Positions 20,555 through 31,021 of a DNA stretch of 64,000 bases are shown piece by piece. Under the pieces are notes generated by a model, which was given only the letters and a program-made list of their open reading frames with translations, had not been told where the DNA came from and did no database searches. Position 1 is the stretch's first letter; each line of letters opens with the position of its first letter. This stretch comes from Bdellovibrionota bacterium (GTDB lineage Bacteria; Bdellovibrionota; UBA1018; CAIPTA01; JAALKR01), in contig CBDBMJ010000001.1 of assembly GCA_965207455.1 (NCBI GenBank), forward strand, positions 1,376,001 to 1,440,000, written 5' to 3'. A program made the position numbers and the translations under genes.

Positions 20555-21575
20555 GAACTCGCTCCAATTCTTCACGAATAATCTCCTCTGCCAACTTAGG
20601 AACGGTATCACTGGCTGCCTTCTGCACAACCATACGACAAACCTTGCGCGTTTCTTCACGAACCATCATTTCAAGGTCGGCCCTTTCCCAATCGATGGTG
20701 TTGTTGTTAACGGGGACAGGCTCTGGAGAGAAAGAGGCTGGTTCAGTGATCTGCTGATCTGGTTCTTTTATTTCTGGCTCTTTTATTTCTGGCTCTTTTA
20801 TTTCTGGCTCTTTTATTTCTTCGACTTTTACTTCTTCAATTTTCGTTTCTTCGTGCACTTTTGGATCTTTTGTTTCTTGCCTGTTAACTCCTTCTTTGGC
20901 TGCCACCCTATCTATATAGTCCGAAGAAAAAGGAAAGTCTATCTCAGGTGTGTCCACTATTTCCACTCCCGGGGACAACCATTTTTTACCTTGTTCAGGA
21001 TTGGGAGCATTGTTACTTTCCCATTCCGATAGATCCATAATAGAACCGTCAGCAATCCACTCGCTAGCAGATTTTTCTATGTCGTAAATTTCCTCTTCCG
21101 TGGCGTTGGTAGGCTCTTCCATTGCTGTTATAGGATTATCTACTGGTATTTCATGGTCTGTTTGTTTGATTGTCTCACTCGCAGTAACAGCAGGACTGTC
21201 GGAACGTAACTTTGGTGCTAATGCACTTAAACAAGAACGCAACTCGTGGGGTTGGAATGGTTTTGTCAAAACACTGTCCACCTTATTTTGAAGGCAAAGA
21301 TCATTGTCGACTGGATAAAAATTGTTTGTTAGCAAAATGGTTTTTATGTGCTCATACTTAGGATTCTTTTTTAACTGACGGATAAAAGAAAGTCCGTCTG
21401 TTTCTGGCAAGGCAATGTCCACTAGGCAAAAATCCACAGCGGTGCTCTCCAAAACTTCAAGCGCTTGGGTGGCATTGCATGCGGTTCTAATTTCATATTG
21501 ATGCCGGGACAAAGAAAGGGAGAAAACCTTTGTAATAGTAGGACTATCGTCGGCAAGAAGTATTGTAAAAACCAT
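20526..21575 (-). CDS. Response regulator receiver with long acidic C-terminal region
   Basis: LLADD, VDIALPETDG and KPF receiver motifs; EPEIK repeats; probable start MVFTILL. Confidence 0.85.
   Translation of the reverse strand: MVFTILLADDSPTITKVFSLSLSRHQYEIRTACNATQALEVLESTAVDFCLVDIALPETDGLSFIRQLKKNPKYEHIKTILLTNNFYPVDNDLCLQNKVDSVLTKPFQPHELRSCLSALAPKLRSDSPAVTASETIKQTDHEIPVDNPITAMEEPTNATEEEIYDIEKSASEWIADGSIMDLSEWESNNAPNPEQGKKWLSPGVEIVDTPEIDFPFSSDYIDRVAAKEGVNRQETKDPKVHEETKIEEVKVEEIKEPEIKEPEIKEPEIKEPDQQITEPASFSPEPVPVNNNTIDWERADLEMMVREETRKVCRMVVQKAASDTVPKLAEEIIREELERVLKTLETDPQ
20761..20820. repeat. 15-bp coding tandem repeat (EPEIK) x4
   Basis: gg(c/t)tcttttatttct units. Confidence 0.85.
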
Positions 21576-21627
21576 AATCTTAACTCTCATCCTAGCATAC
21601 TGTGAAAAAGAGTTCAATTTTTAGAAC

Positions 21628-21656
21628 TTGTAAGATTAAGTAAGGCAAGATACAAT
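21628..21656 (+). promoter_or_regulatory. Sigma70-type promoter of the 6S RNA
   Basis: TTGTAA-17 nt-TACAAT ending ~6 nt before the RNA. Confidence 0.6.
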
Positions 21657-21662
21657 TTTCAT

Positions 21663-21840
21663 GTTCCTGACTAGGAGTATTGAGGTGGCGATTTTTCACC
21701 GATGTTAATAGCCCAGGGAGCCGTCCCTCATAGTGGTGTGCACGCCTGAGATGAAATTTTTGGGAAGCCTAAAGCTGTGACATGGCGCCCACTTTTTGAA
21801 TAATGGGTTGAGAATTCGACACCCCTATCCTAGTGGGAAC
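21663..21840 (+). ncRNA. ssrS: Probable 6S RNA
   Basis: 178-nt intergenic segment closed by the stem GTTCCTGACTAGGA/TCCTAGTGGGAAC; 3' strand GGAAGCCTAAAGCTG..CACTTTTTGAA..GGGTTGAG resembles 6S RNAs. Confidence 0.75.
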
Positions 21841-21963
21841 CTAAAAGTTTATGTAAACTTTTATGGAGGCTGCCTTTCTATTGTTGATATTAAGCAGCAA
21901 GTACCCATGGATGACTATACATTTGTAGTCTGAGAGGGTTAGAATACCTAAGGAGGGTTTTTC

Positions 21964-23271
21964 TTGATGGAAGTAGAAGAAACAAGCTATAAAAAAATTT
22001 CCGCAAAAATTATATCAAACAAACAAGAAGATTTAATTTCAAAAAATAACTTCCTGTTAGAGTTTGGTATCCTATATTTTCAAAAGTGCGACTTTTCTAA
22101 AGCAACTGAGCAACTGGAAAAAGTGCAAAGCCACGCCCTAGAACTCCATTTGTATTCTAATTATTTTCAGTCGGTAAAATACCTACTGAGAATATTTGCG
22201 GAACGCATGGAAGAAAGTAAAATACAAGCACTACTGCAAGAAGTTTTTGAACTGGGATCCACCATACCTAATTATGAACAGTATAAATCCAAGATATACT
22301 ATAACCAGGGAATCTATTACAGCTATGCACGAGACTTTGAAAAGTCGTCGGACAGTTTTCATAAAGCAGAGCTCTATGCAAGGGAATGCATAAAAAAGTC
22401 AGAACAAAGAAGAGAACCTTTCACAGAAGCCTCAAAAGACCTCTTCAATGCACTTTGTGGGTTGGCAAATATCTCAAACCAGAAGGAAAATTTTTCCGAT
22501 GCCATCCGTCGATATGAATCTTTAGAAAATTTACTTTCGGATCCTCTATTTATAGAGATAATGAGTGACTCTAACAAAAGTAGCGAATTAAAATCAGCCC
22601 TCTTGATTGGAATGGCAAACTGCTATCGACAAATGGGAGAATATCCCAAAGCCCTCCATACTTTTTGGAAAGCCCATAGACAATTAAAGTCCCAAAAAAC
22701 ATGGTGTAATTATCACTATATTCTTCTTGGTATTGCTAGGACCTACTTAGAAATGAAAGATACGGATCGAGCCACTATCTTTTTTGACCTAGTTTCTTCT
22801 GCCACTAGCGAAGAAGACTTTGTTGCCCTCAAGCAACTTATAAAACAAGAAAAAAAGAAACTACCGGAACATACGATAGAATTACTCATCGATCGAGAAC
22901 GAAAAATAGTGCTGGAAAAAGAAAAGGGAGAGATTCACTTTGAGCGACGATTTGTTCTACTGGAGATCCTCTACTTACTGGCCTCTACCCCAGGAGTAAA
23001 AGTCACAAAAGATATGCTCGTGGAAAAAGTCTGGGAAGAGACCTATAATCCCATGGTTCACGATAGCAAAATATATACAAGCATTAGCCGACTACGGAAA
23101 ATACTGGAGCCCGATCTGAAGCATCCTCGTTATATTTTAAACGAAAGAGATGGCTACTCGTTTAATCCAGCCATTTCCGTGAAGGAAGCCGGCGCTTGGG
23201 CCAACGAAAAACTGTTGCAACAACAATCAAAAAAGCCAATATATAATTCACCGATAGAAAACCACTTTTAG
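21964..23271 (+). CDS. TPR protein with C-terminal OmpR/PhoB-type winged helix
   Basis: TPR-like helices; LVEKVW..IYTSISRLRKILEPD..YILNERDGYSF. Confidence 0.85.
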   Translation: MMEVEETSYKKISAKIISNKQEDLISKNNFLLEFGILYFQKCDFSKATEQLEKVQSHALELHLYSNYFQSVKYLLRIFAERMEESKIQALLQEVFELGSTIPNYEQYKSKIYYNQGIYYSYARDFEKSSDSFHKAELYARECIKKSEQRREPFTEASKDLFNALCGLANISNQKENFSDAIRRYESLENLLSDPLFIEIMSDSNKSSELKSALLIGMANCYRQMGEYPKALHTFWKAHRQLKSQKTWCNYHYILLGIARTYLEMKDTDRATIFFDLVSSATSEEDFVALKQLIKQEKKKLPEHTIELLIDRERKIVLEKEKGEIHFERRFVLLEILYLLASTPGVKVTKDMLVEKVWEETYNPMVHDSKIYTSISRLRKILEPDLKHPRYILNERDGYSFNPAISVKEAGAWANEKLLQQQSKKPIYNSPIENHF

Positions 23272-23283
23272 GAGACCATTATT

Positions 23284-23859
23284 ATGAATAAAATGAAAAA
23301 GACTTATTTTTCCCTACTTACCCTGCTGACCATAATTTTAGCTGCACCCTCAACCATGGCCAAAGACTTTACCCCGGACAGAAGAGGTGGCGATGCTGGT
23401 GTGTACTACCCACTTATCTGTGTAGATTTTTCTGGGCAATGGTGCAAACCAGACGGCTCTTTGATAGAAATCACCCAAGAGGAATGTAAAAAAATAGACA
23501 TCCAAACAAGAATAGAAGGGGGAGCAATAGGAAAAACAACTCTTCTAACTGACAACCAGACTCGCATCATTCCAGATGATGATCTAGGTGATGAGACAGA
23601 AACAACGATTCGACATAAATGGAATTCCCTAGACCGCGGCGACACGGTTAAAACATATATTTACCGATCACCACACACCCACGCCACTATCTATGAAGAG
23701 CAAACCCTTTCCATCGTCACAGGAGAGGATGGACAACCCCTGCTAAGGCAGGCCACCTCTCGCCTCATACTAATGACCGCTCACCACTACTGGGAGAAGA
23801 CTGAAAGCCTATCCAGGTTAAAAGGCAATGAAAATACCTGCAACCAACCCACCATATAG
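23284..23859 (+). CDS. Hypothetical secreted protein
   Basis: AGGAG RBS and signal peptide; followed by a hairpin at ~23878-23905. Confidence 0.65.
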   Translation: MNKMKKTYFSLLTLLTIILAAPSTMAKDFTPDRRGGDAGVYYPLICVDFSGQWCKPDGSLIEITQEECKKIDIQTRIEGGAIGKTTLLTDNQTRIIPDDDLGDETETTIRHKWNSLDRGDTVKTYIYRSPHTHATIYEEQTLSIVTGEDGQPLLRQATSRLILMTAHHYWEKTESLSRLKGNENTCNQPTI

Positions 23860-23935
23860 GAAAAACACCTTGTATAATCCCCCCCTACTTGATAGATAGG
23901 GGGAGTATATTGGATGCAGAAAGGGCAAAATTACT

Positions 23936-24046
23936 ATGGGCAGAGGACGAAAACGACAAACACAGAAAATGAAAAATCGTAGAAACCAAGAAAAGAAGAA
24001 AATTCGTCTGCGTAATAACATCGCAGGCAAAAAAAACGCCTCTTAG
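23936..24046 (+). CDS. 36-aa highly basic small protein (below the ORF-track cutoff)
   Basis: MGRGRKRQTQKMKNRRNQEKKKIRLRNNIAGKKNAS; purine-rich AAGGG upstream. Confidence 0.6.
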   Translation: MGRGRKRQTQKMKNRRNQEKKKIRLRNNIAGKKNAS

Positions 24047-24077
24047 GAGTTTAAAATAGCACTTTTAGTACATGTAT

Positions 24078-24154
<77 letters not shown>

Positions 24155-24507
24155 AACAACTGCACGACACTACATTAAAAGCGATGGAAACTTGAGACAA
24201 TCAAAATAAAACGATAATCGTAATAAAAACAATAGATTAGGAAAAGTTAAATTGAGAAAATTAACGGTGTGATTTTTACCTGAAATCATGTGAAATCGGG
24301 GGAAATCATGCCACTCGTACGCTGTTTGTACGTCCTTCTTGTACGCACTCAGAAAATGTACGTTGACGATATGCGTCTAATAAAGTCAATGTATATTTTG
24401 TTTTTGCAAAGGTAAGGAAAATCATTCGGCTGGAAAATTAGCTGCCTCTTGAGTATTTAATAATTCCTCACTTTTTAAAGAGTGAAAATAACAAAAGGAG
24501 GAAAATT

Positions 24508-24705
24508 ATGTACAAACTACTAATCAAACTAATAATCATAACCATACTGCTCGATCTCGGATTCAGTAGCAGCTCGGCACTTGAGGGCTGCCTTGAAACC
24601 AAGGACTGCCTTGTACGACTCAGAGAGTATCGTAGGCAGCTCTTAAAGGTGGAGTGGAAACCCATCATCATAAGTGGGAAATTCGACCCAGAGTGGGCAA
24701 AATAG
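24508..24705 (+). CDS. Small hypothetical protein with hydrophobic N-terminus
   Basis: Strong AGGAGG RBS; signal-like segment. Confidence 0.5.
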   Translation: MYKLLIKLIIITILLDLGFSSSSALEGCLETKDCLVRLREYRRQLLKVEWKPIIISGKFDPEWAK

Positions 24706-25172
24706 AGCCTTTCAGGGTGCATTGGTGACTTAGCTTGAAATGCCCTTGCTTATCTCATGCGTGGGAAAGGCAGGGGCATCTACCTTTTGCCCATTCTCTT
24801 AAAACTTATTAAAACTCTCCACCTCTCACAATGTCGTTCAAACTGCTGTAGAAAATAGTCACACCTGCGCTCTTTAGCTGACAGTACTGCGAGCCACTGG
24901 AATACAAGGTATTGGCAAATTATCCAGACTCATTATCGAGTTCACTCACACTATAGGCAAGGGAGTTGTTTCCATTTCTAAATGTCATTATCTTATTGCT
25001 CACTTTAAAAGTATTTTGTTTTAGCTTTCATTATCCTCTCCGATTCCTGAAAATCCAGAAAAAAATCGCTTCCCCCTAAAGGTTTCCCCCAATTTTGTTG
25101 CTTGATTTTCATTCATGCTTCGAGGGTCATTCATGCTCAAACTAACAAAACACTTTTGAAAGGAGTGCAAAA

Positions 25173-25482
25173 ATGAACCTACTGAAATACGAAATAAGAA
25201 AAAAGCTACCTAAACTATATGAGACTGAATCCATACCGATAAAAGAGAAAGATATTATCTGCAAATTCTTCAACCCTTTTGGCCGTGGCACATGGTATGT
25301 GCTTGAAGGCGAGGCACAGGGGGAGTGACTATATTTTCTTTGGACTGGTCGACCTTCACGAGCAAGAATTTGGTTATTTCTTGCTCAGCGAGCTGGAATC
25401 AATCAAATTTATTGAAAGAGACCTTTATTTCAAAGGTCATAAAATTAAAGATGTATATAAAGGCTATGAGGAAGAGGAATAA
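25173..25482 (+). pseudogene. DUF2958-like protein, frameshifted in a G-run at ~25320
   Basis: AGGAG RBS; MNLLKYEIRKKLPKLYETE..KFFNPFGRGTWYVLE continues in another frame as FFGLVDLHEQEFGYFLLSELES..IERDLYF. Confidence 0.75.
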
Positions 25483-25550
25483 TCCTCTTCCAAACTCGAT
25501 AAGCAAGCGAGTGTTTGCTTCAAAAGTCTAACGTAGCAGTCGAAAAATTA

Positions 25551-25585
25551 GAAGCCTCCCAATAGGAGGGCTTCGGTCCTTTTCA
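25551..25585 (+). terminator. Hairpin terminator between convergent genes
   Basis: GAAGCCTCC-loop-GGAGGGCTTC followed by a T-rich stretch. Confidence 0.5.
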
Positions 25586-25597
25586 TTACAGGGTATA

Positions 25598-25825
25598 CTA
25601 ATTTTTTGCTCTTACAACTCTTGTCTTTAGTTTCTCTTGATTGTATATAATTAAAAGTAGTATTTTGTGAATTTCTTGGAAATCCTCTGAAATATTCTTT
25701 TTGAGAGATGGTTCTTTAGGAGGTCCATATTTTTTAAAATTACTCTCCATTATGGCGATGAAACTTTTTATTAGCTTGATGTCCTCGGTAATTGTTTCGG
25801 ATATTTTATATGTTGCTTTCTTCAT
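25598..25825 (-). CDS. Hypothetical protein
   Basis: ORF coupled by a 4-nt overlap to the upstream HTH gene. Confidence 0.45.
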   Translation of the reverse strand: MKKATYKISETITEDIKLIKSFIAIMESNFKKYGPPKEPSLKKNISEDFQEIHKILLLIIYNQEKLKTRVVRAKN

Positions 25826-26136
25826 TTTCTGAAACGTTTGAATTGGGATAATCTGAAAATTCGTAGAAAGGTTTTCAAAAAGAAGTTCTCTCTTATTTCA
25901 AAATATACAGCCTCTCTGTTAAATGCACAGAAATAGTCAGCAGCACTTTCACTTGCTTTATATTCTCTAAGTAAAGTAGTAAGCTGGTTGCATGGAAGGT
26001 CTACAAGCCCTATTTCATTTTTAAAAATAATACTGGCTGCAATTTTTGTGCTTTTTGAGGTTTGCTTTATGCTCAGTCCAGCCTTCCTTCTAATTCCAGC
26101 TAGTTTTCTTGCTAGTAGAAATCGTCCTATTAGCAT
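25822..26136 (-). CDS. XRE-like HTH protein
   Basis: LAGIRRKAGLSIKQTS..IFKNEIG pattern. Confidence 0.6.
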   Translation of the reverse strand: MLIGRFLLARKLAGIRRKAGLSIKQTSKSTKIAASIIFKNEIGLVDLPCNQLTTLLREYKASESAADYFCAFNREAVYFEIRENFFLKTFLRIFRLSQFKRFRK

Positions 26137-26271
26137 AAATTCATTATTTGATAAGTTTTACAATTTATTGTCATATAGCTTAACCCACTATTTTTAGATC
26201 AGTAGATATTTCCTCTTGTCTTTTTTGTTATAAAAATTCTTCAATCGTCTATACGGAATTTTCATCTCCTA

Positions 26272-26526
26272 TCAAGTCCTCGATTTTCTTTTTTTTATTA
26301 TTTTTTTATCTACTTTAAGATGTTTAGGCAGATATTTTTTTATATATGATTTTCGTCCACCTTGGGAACAAATCTCAGCAAAAGTAAATGCGAGCCGAGC
26401 TTCTGCACTAGGCAGACGATCTATAATTTGAATCATAAGTTGATCTTCTAAGGTACAGCAGACATCTCCTATCTTAATATTTTTAGAGGTATGATCTTTC
26501 CCGAAAAAACGGACACTTTTGCACAA
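26272..26526 (-). CDS. Hypothetical protein
   Basis: ORF only. Confidence 0.3.
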   Translation of the reverse strand: MCKSVRFFGKDHTSKNIKIGDVCCTLEDQLMIQIIDRLPSAEARLAFTFAEICSQGGRKSYIKKYLPKHLKVDKKIIKKRKSRT

Positions 26527-26546
26527 CGCAGTGTTTTGTTGTTTAG

Positions 26547-28928
26547 CTAGTTGCTAACACAGGCTTTCCCGAGAAGAGTAGGTACATCCTCAGAACAAGT
26601 TATCGCAAAATTAGCATGAGTATTATCAAATATGTTGGAATAATTCGTCACAGCGCGAACATCCCAACCAGATAAATTAAGAGACTCTAAACTCTGAGTA
26701 TAAGTAAACATTGAACTCATATCCGTTACACTAGAGGTAACAAAATGAGACAGGTCAAGGGACTCTAATCTCAAAGCAGAATAAAACATTAAACTCATAT
26801 TAATTACACTAGAGGTACTCCAATCAGATAAATCGAGTTCAGTTAAATTCGAAGTACGATAAAACATTAGCAACTCATATTAATTACACTAGAGGTATTC
26901 CAACCAGATAAATTAAGGGACTCTAAATTCAAGGAATCAGCAAACATAGCACGCATATTTGTCACGTTAGATGTATTGAAACTAGATAGGTCCAGTGAAG
27001 TTAAGCTAGAGGTATTAGCGAACATAGCAAACATATTTTCTACATTAGATGTATCAAAACTAGATAGGTCCAAGGTCAAACTAGAAGCATTCTTGAACAT
27101 TTCGCCCATATCTGTTACATTAGATGTATCAAAACTAGATACATCAAGCGAAGTTAAACTTGTGGTGTTAAGAAACGCCCCATTTGTAATGGTTACGCTA
27201 GAGGTGTCTGTGATGCCACTAGTAAATTCAGTGAGTTTATCGCATCCAAAGAAAGCAGATGCTAAATTTTTCCAGCCCACTACTCCAAGATTTTTTACCT
27301 CAATTATTTTATTTTTATCTCCTCCATTATTAAAATACCAAGCCGGAAACTTTGGACCTATTATTTTAATTGTGTAGCTTCCTGGATTTTCGTATTCATG
27401 GGTAATATCATCACTAAAGGCAGTAACTGTTTGTTTAGACCCATCCCCCCAATAAACGGTGAAATTGTAATCAAAGTTATTTTCATTTCCATCATTCTCT
27501 CTTAGAGGAAGAGTCACACTTTGATCTTCAACTCCAACACGCCAAACAGATTCAAAAGGAGGGGTAATAAATTCATAAGATATAGCGCTGGAGCAAGCTG
27601 AAACATTACCGAAACTGTCTGTTTGTCTCGTATGATAGGAGTAAGTGTTATAATTAACTAAAAGCACAGATAGAGTTATTTCCATGCTTTCTGCTGTTAT
27701 TCCAATGGAATCTTGTGCCAAGGTACTGCAACTATCGTCAGAATATAATCCAACGCTACCTCCAATCTCTAAATTCCCCAGACTAAAAACTGGATTGGGA
27801 TTATTAGAGGGGTCCGGTGTTACTAGTGATAAGGTGGGTATGAGAGCTATTGTGTCTAACGTATAACCAATATCATTGGAACAAGGAGAAACATTACCAG
27901 CTCTATCCACTTGTTTTGCATAATAGGTATAGGTTTCATCGATACTTAGAGCAGTCTTTAGTGTTAGTGTAATAGAATCACCGGTAGCTGTGCCTGATTC
28001 TATTTTATTTGCCTCTGTACATTGAACATCAGTGTGTAGGCTAACTAGAGCACCATTTTCTACATCAGACACCACAAAACTAGGTGTTGTATTACTTGAT
28101 GGACTGACGGTTCCTTGAGCTAATCCTATCGTTGGTGTCAAGCACTTGAATCCAACTCATAATCCACACCTGCACTGGAGCAGCCAGAAATATTACCAGC
28201 TCTATCCACTTGTTTTGCATAATAGGTATAGGTTTCATCGATACTTAGAGCAGTCTGTAGTGTTAGTGTAATAGAATCACCGGTAGCTCTGCCTGATTCT
28301 ATATTTGCCTCTGCACATTGATCATCAGTGTGTAAGCTAACTAGAGCACCATCTTCTACACCAGACACCACAAAACTAGGTGTTGTATTACTTGATGGCT
28401 GCTGGTTCCTTGAGCTAATCCTATCGTTGGTGCGTTAGGAGCCGTTGAATCCAACTCATAATCCACACCTGCACTGGAGCAGCCAGAAATATTACCAGCT
28501 CTATCCACTTGTTTTGCAAAATAGGTATAGGTTTCATCGATACTTAGAGCAGTCTGTAGTGTTAGTGTAATAGAATCACCGGTAGCTGTGCCTGATTCTA
28601 CTTTACTTGCCTCTGTACATTGAACATCAGTGTGTAGGCTAACTAGAGCACCATTTTCTACATCAGACACCACAAAACTAGGTGTTGTATTACTTGATGG
28701 ACTTAAGGTTACAAGCGATAAATTTGGTGTCCTTACTGGAGTCGTTAAAGAATCACTGCTGCTGCTACAACCAACAAGAGAGGCAAACAGTATAAACGGT
28801 ATTATGTGGAAATTGAGGCTTTTACACGCCAATGCTCCACTGCTGCGTAGGTTTTTCAAGACCCAACCTAAATACATATAAGATGAACTACAAAAAGTTC
28901 CGACCATTTTCACAAACAAGTTATTCAT
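26547..28928 (-). pseudogene. Ig-like repeat plus BspA/DUF285 surface lipoprotein split into four ORFs
   Basis: Lipobox LVGC, ~100-aa Ig-like repeats (YYAKQVDRAGN), PKD-like WGDG, LDLSSFDTSNVxxM repeats; indels at ~28399, ~28140 and ~26871. Confidence 0.85.
27890..28700. repeat. Three near-identical ~300-bp tandem repeats encoding Ig-like domains
   Basis: Block attaccagctctatccacttgttttgca...cacaaaactaggtgttgtattacttgatgg recurs at ~27890, ~28190 and ~28490. Confidence 0.85.
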
Positions 28929-29364
28929 TATAAACCTCCTAAAAATTATTCTTCCAACTTACACTTGTTAAAACGGTCGGAATCCGTAATACCTTTAGAG
29001 GTATTTTTATTATTTTTGTGAAACGGAGAGAATTTTCGTCACAGAAACAAGAAATAGTGTTGAAAAACTCTTTGTTTGAATTCCAATACCGTGTATGAAA
29101 AATAATCAGGCATTTTGATCAAAAATAATTTAGCCTTTTAAAATGTTTCCCGATCTTCCAATAATAAAACAGGATAGAAAAAGACACTGAAGGCACTGAA
29201 AGACGGCAATATACTTTTGCTTAAAGATCATGATTTGGACTGGAAATCGCATTCTGTGTTTAAAAGCGATGTCTTAGTTAATTTTACAGGGATTGTTGCA
29301 TAATTGCCTGAAACCTCACCATATTGCACTCGAAGGAAAAGGAAGCCCTCTTGCCATTCTTTTT

Positions 29365-29464
29365 TGTGATATATTTATAACATAAAAATTATGTTATTTA
29401 TTAAGCACATAAATATTATGATATTGATTGATTACACAAATATAATGTGATATATCTATAACAT
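29365..29464. promoter_or_regulatory. Repeated imperfect palindromic operators of the HipA-type operon
   Basis: TGTGATATATTTATAACAT (29365) and TGTGATATATCTATAACAT (29446), two weaker copies between them; TATAAT at 29441. Confidence 0.6.
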
Positions 29465-30371
29465 GAGAACTTGCGTGAAATGCTCTAAAGCTCTGGAACC
29501 CTCTGAGGCATATAAATTCTATGGTGTACACAGGCAGTGCTTTATGGCTTGGTTTCGCCTACCCGTATTCCAATATTTTGAAGATTTTGACCATCAGGAA
29601 TCAAGTTCCTCAGATCTCTATAACAAGAGAGTAAAAAGCACTTTCCTTCATGGTAACTACCTCAAGTATACCGCTTATTTGAATAAACAGTCCTACATTA
29701 TAAAAATCCAAGAGGAGAAAGCACCAGAACTTCCAGGCATGGAGTATACTTGTAATAAAATTGCCCAAACACTCTCCATCACTGTACCCCCTTTCTACTA
29801 CCTTATGTTTGTAGAAAAACCAGCATTTATTACAAAGAACTTTATGCACGGTAGTGTTGGCACGTTAAATCACATCTATAAATACTTACCAGAAGGTGAG
29901 AAGCATCACTCCTGTAAAGAAATTATTAAAGTAATAGAGAGGGAGACTGGAAAACTTACAGATATTTTTAGATTTATAGAAATCTGTTTATTTGATGCGC
30001 TTATTGGAAACAATGATCGCCATGGTCGTAATTTGGGAATTATAAATAATCGAGGAAAAAAGACCTTATCTCCAATGTACGATAACCCATCATATTTTGG
30101 TGTCATTGAAGATTCTATGCTGAGCATAGATTTTAATCCAAGTGGATCAATATGGACCTCTGGATCAAAGCGACCAAAAGTAAGGGAATATCTCAAAGAA
30201 TTTAAAGAAATGAGATATGAGAAAGTTTCTGATCACTTCAAGAAAAAATTATTTAGTAAATTAAATGCAATAAGAAAGAACATAAAAAACTCTCCTATTA
30301 GTGAAAAAAGGAGAAAGGCTTTTTTAGAATTTATCGAGAAAAGAGCGGAGGAATTTAACGATGAAAGATAA
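29463..30371 (+). CDS. HipA/HipT-like kinase toxin lacking the N-subdomain
   Basis: HGNYLKY loop, LPGMEYTC, LIGNNDRHGRN, LSPMYD; N-terminal CxxC..HxxC. Confidence 0.88.
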   Translation: MRTCVKCSKALEPSEAYKFYGVHRQCFMAWFRLPVFQYFEDFDHQESSSSDLYNKRVKSTFLHGNYLKYTAYLNKQSYIIKIQEEKAPELPGMEYTCNKIAQTLSITVPPFYYLMFVEKPAFITKNFMHGSVGTLNHIYKYLPEGEKHHSCKEIIKVIERETGKLTDIFRFIEICLFDALIGNNDRHGRNLGIINNRGKKTLSPMYDNPSYFGVIEDSMLSIDFNPSGSIWTSGSKRPKVREYLKEFKEMRYEKVSDHFKKKLFSKLNAIRKNIKNSPISEKRRKAFLEFIEKRAEEFNDER

Positions 30372-30993
30372 AAAGAAACTTGCAGTTGACGTATATTTAG
30401 AGAACAGAAAATCTCGTTCTTATGTGGGCAGACTGGAGAAAGTGAAAAGTCATTTTATTTTTAAGTACCATCTCGCATATCAACTTAGCGAAAGAGCAAT
30501 GTCTCTTGGACCGGATTTACCTCTCATAAAGTCAATTCATAAATCTTCTTCTCTCTTTCCAACTTTTGAGGACAGGATTCCTCCCAAAAAAAATCCAGCA
30601 TATAAGGATTACTGCCGAAGAATGGGAATATCTCCAGAAGAGAAAGACCCTCTCATACTGCTTGCAACAATTGGACAAAGAGGACCATCCTCATTTATTT
30701 TTTCTTCTGCCAATATGGATCAATTTAGTAAAGAAGAGATGATAGAGTTTCGGAAGAAATTAAAGCTATCCATACGAGAATTTGCAGATTTATTTGATTT
30801 TTCGCCAGCAACAATCCAAAGAATAGAAAAAGGAAAGACCAGCGGAAAGGACGCTCTAAAGAGGATTGAGCTGTATTATAAGTTTCCGAATGTTGCACTT
30901 TTTGAGTTAGAAAGGTCGGGAGCGAAAATAAACGGCGATGCCCAAATCCATGTTGAGTATATCTTAAGATCAGCAATAAAAACTAGTTCTTAA
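30361..30993 (+). CDS. HipA N-terminal (HipS-like) domain fused to an XRE HTH; probable antitoxin
   Basis: VGRLEK..FIFKY..SLGPDLPL..LFPTFEDRIP followed by FRKKLKLSIREFADLFDFSPATIQRIEKGK. Confidence 0.8.
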   Translation: MKDKKKLAVDVYLENRKSRSYVGRLEKVKSHFIFKYHLAYQLSERAMSLGPDLPLIKSIHKSSSLFPTFEDRIPPKKNPAYKDYCRRMGISPEEKDPLILLATIGQRGPSSFIFSSANMDQFSKEEMIEFRKKLKLSIREFADLFDFSPATIQRIEKGKTSGKDALKRIELYYKFPNVALFELERSGAKINGDAQIHVEYILRSAIKTSS

Positions 30994-31021
30994 TCAATAA
31001 GGTGTAAGGGAAAAGCAAGCC

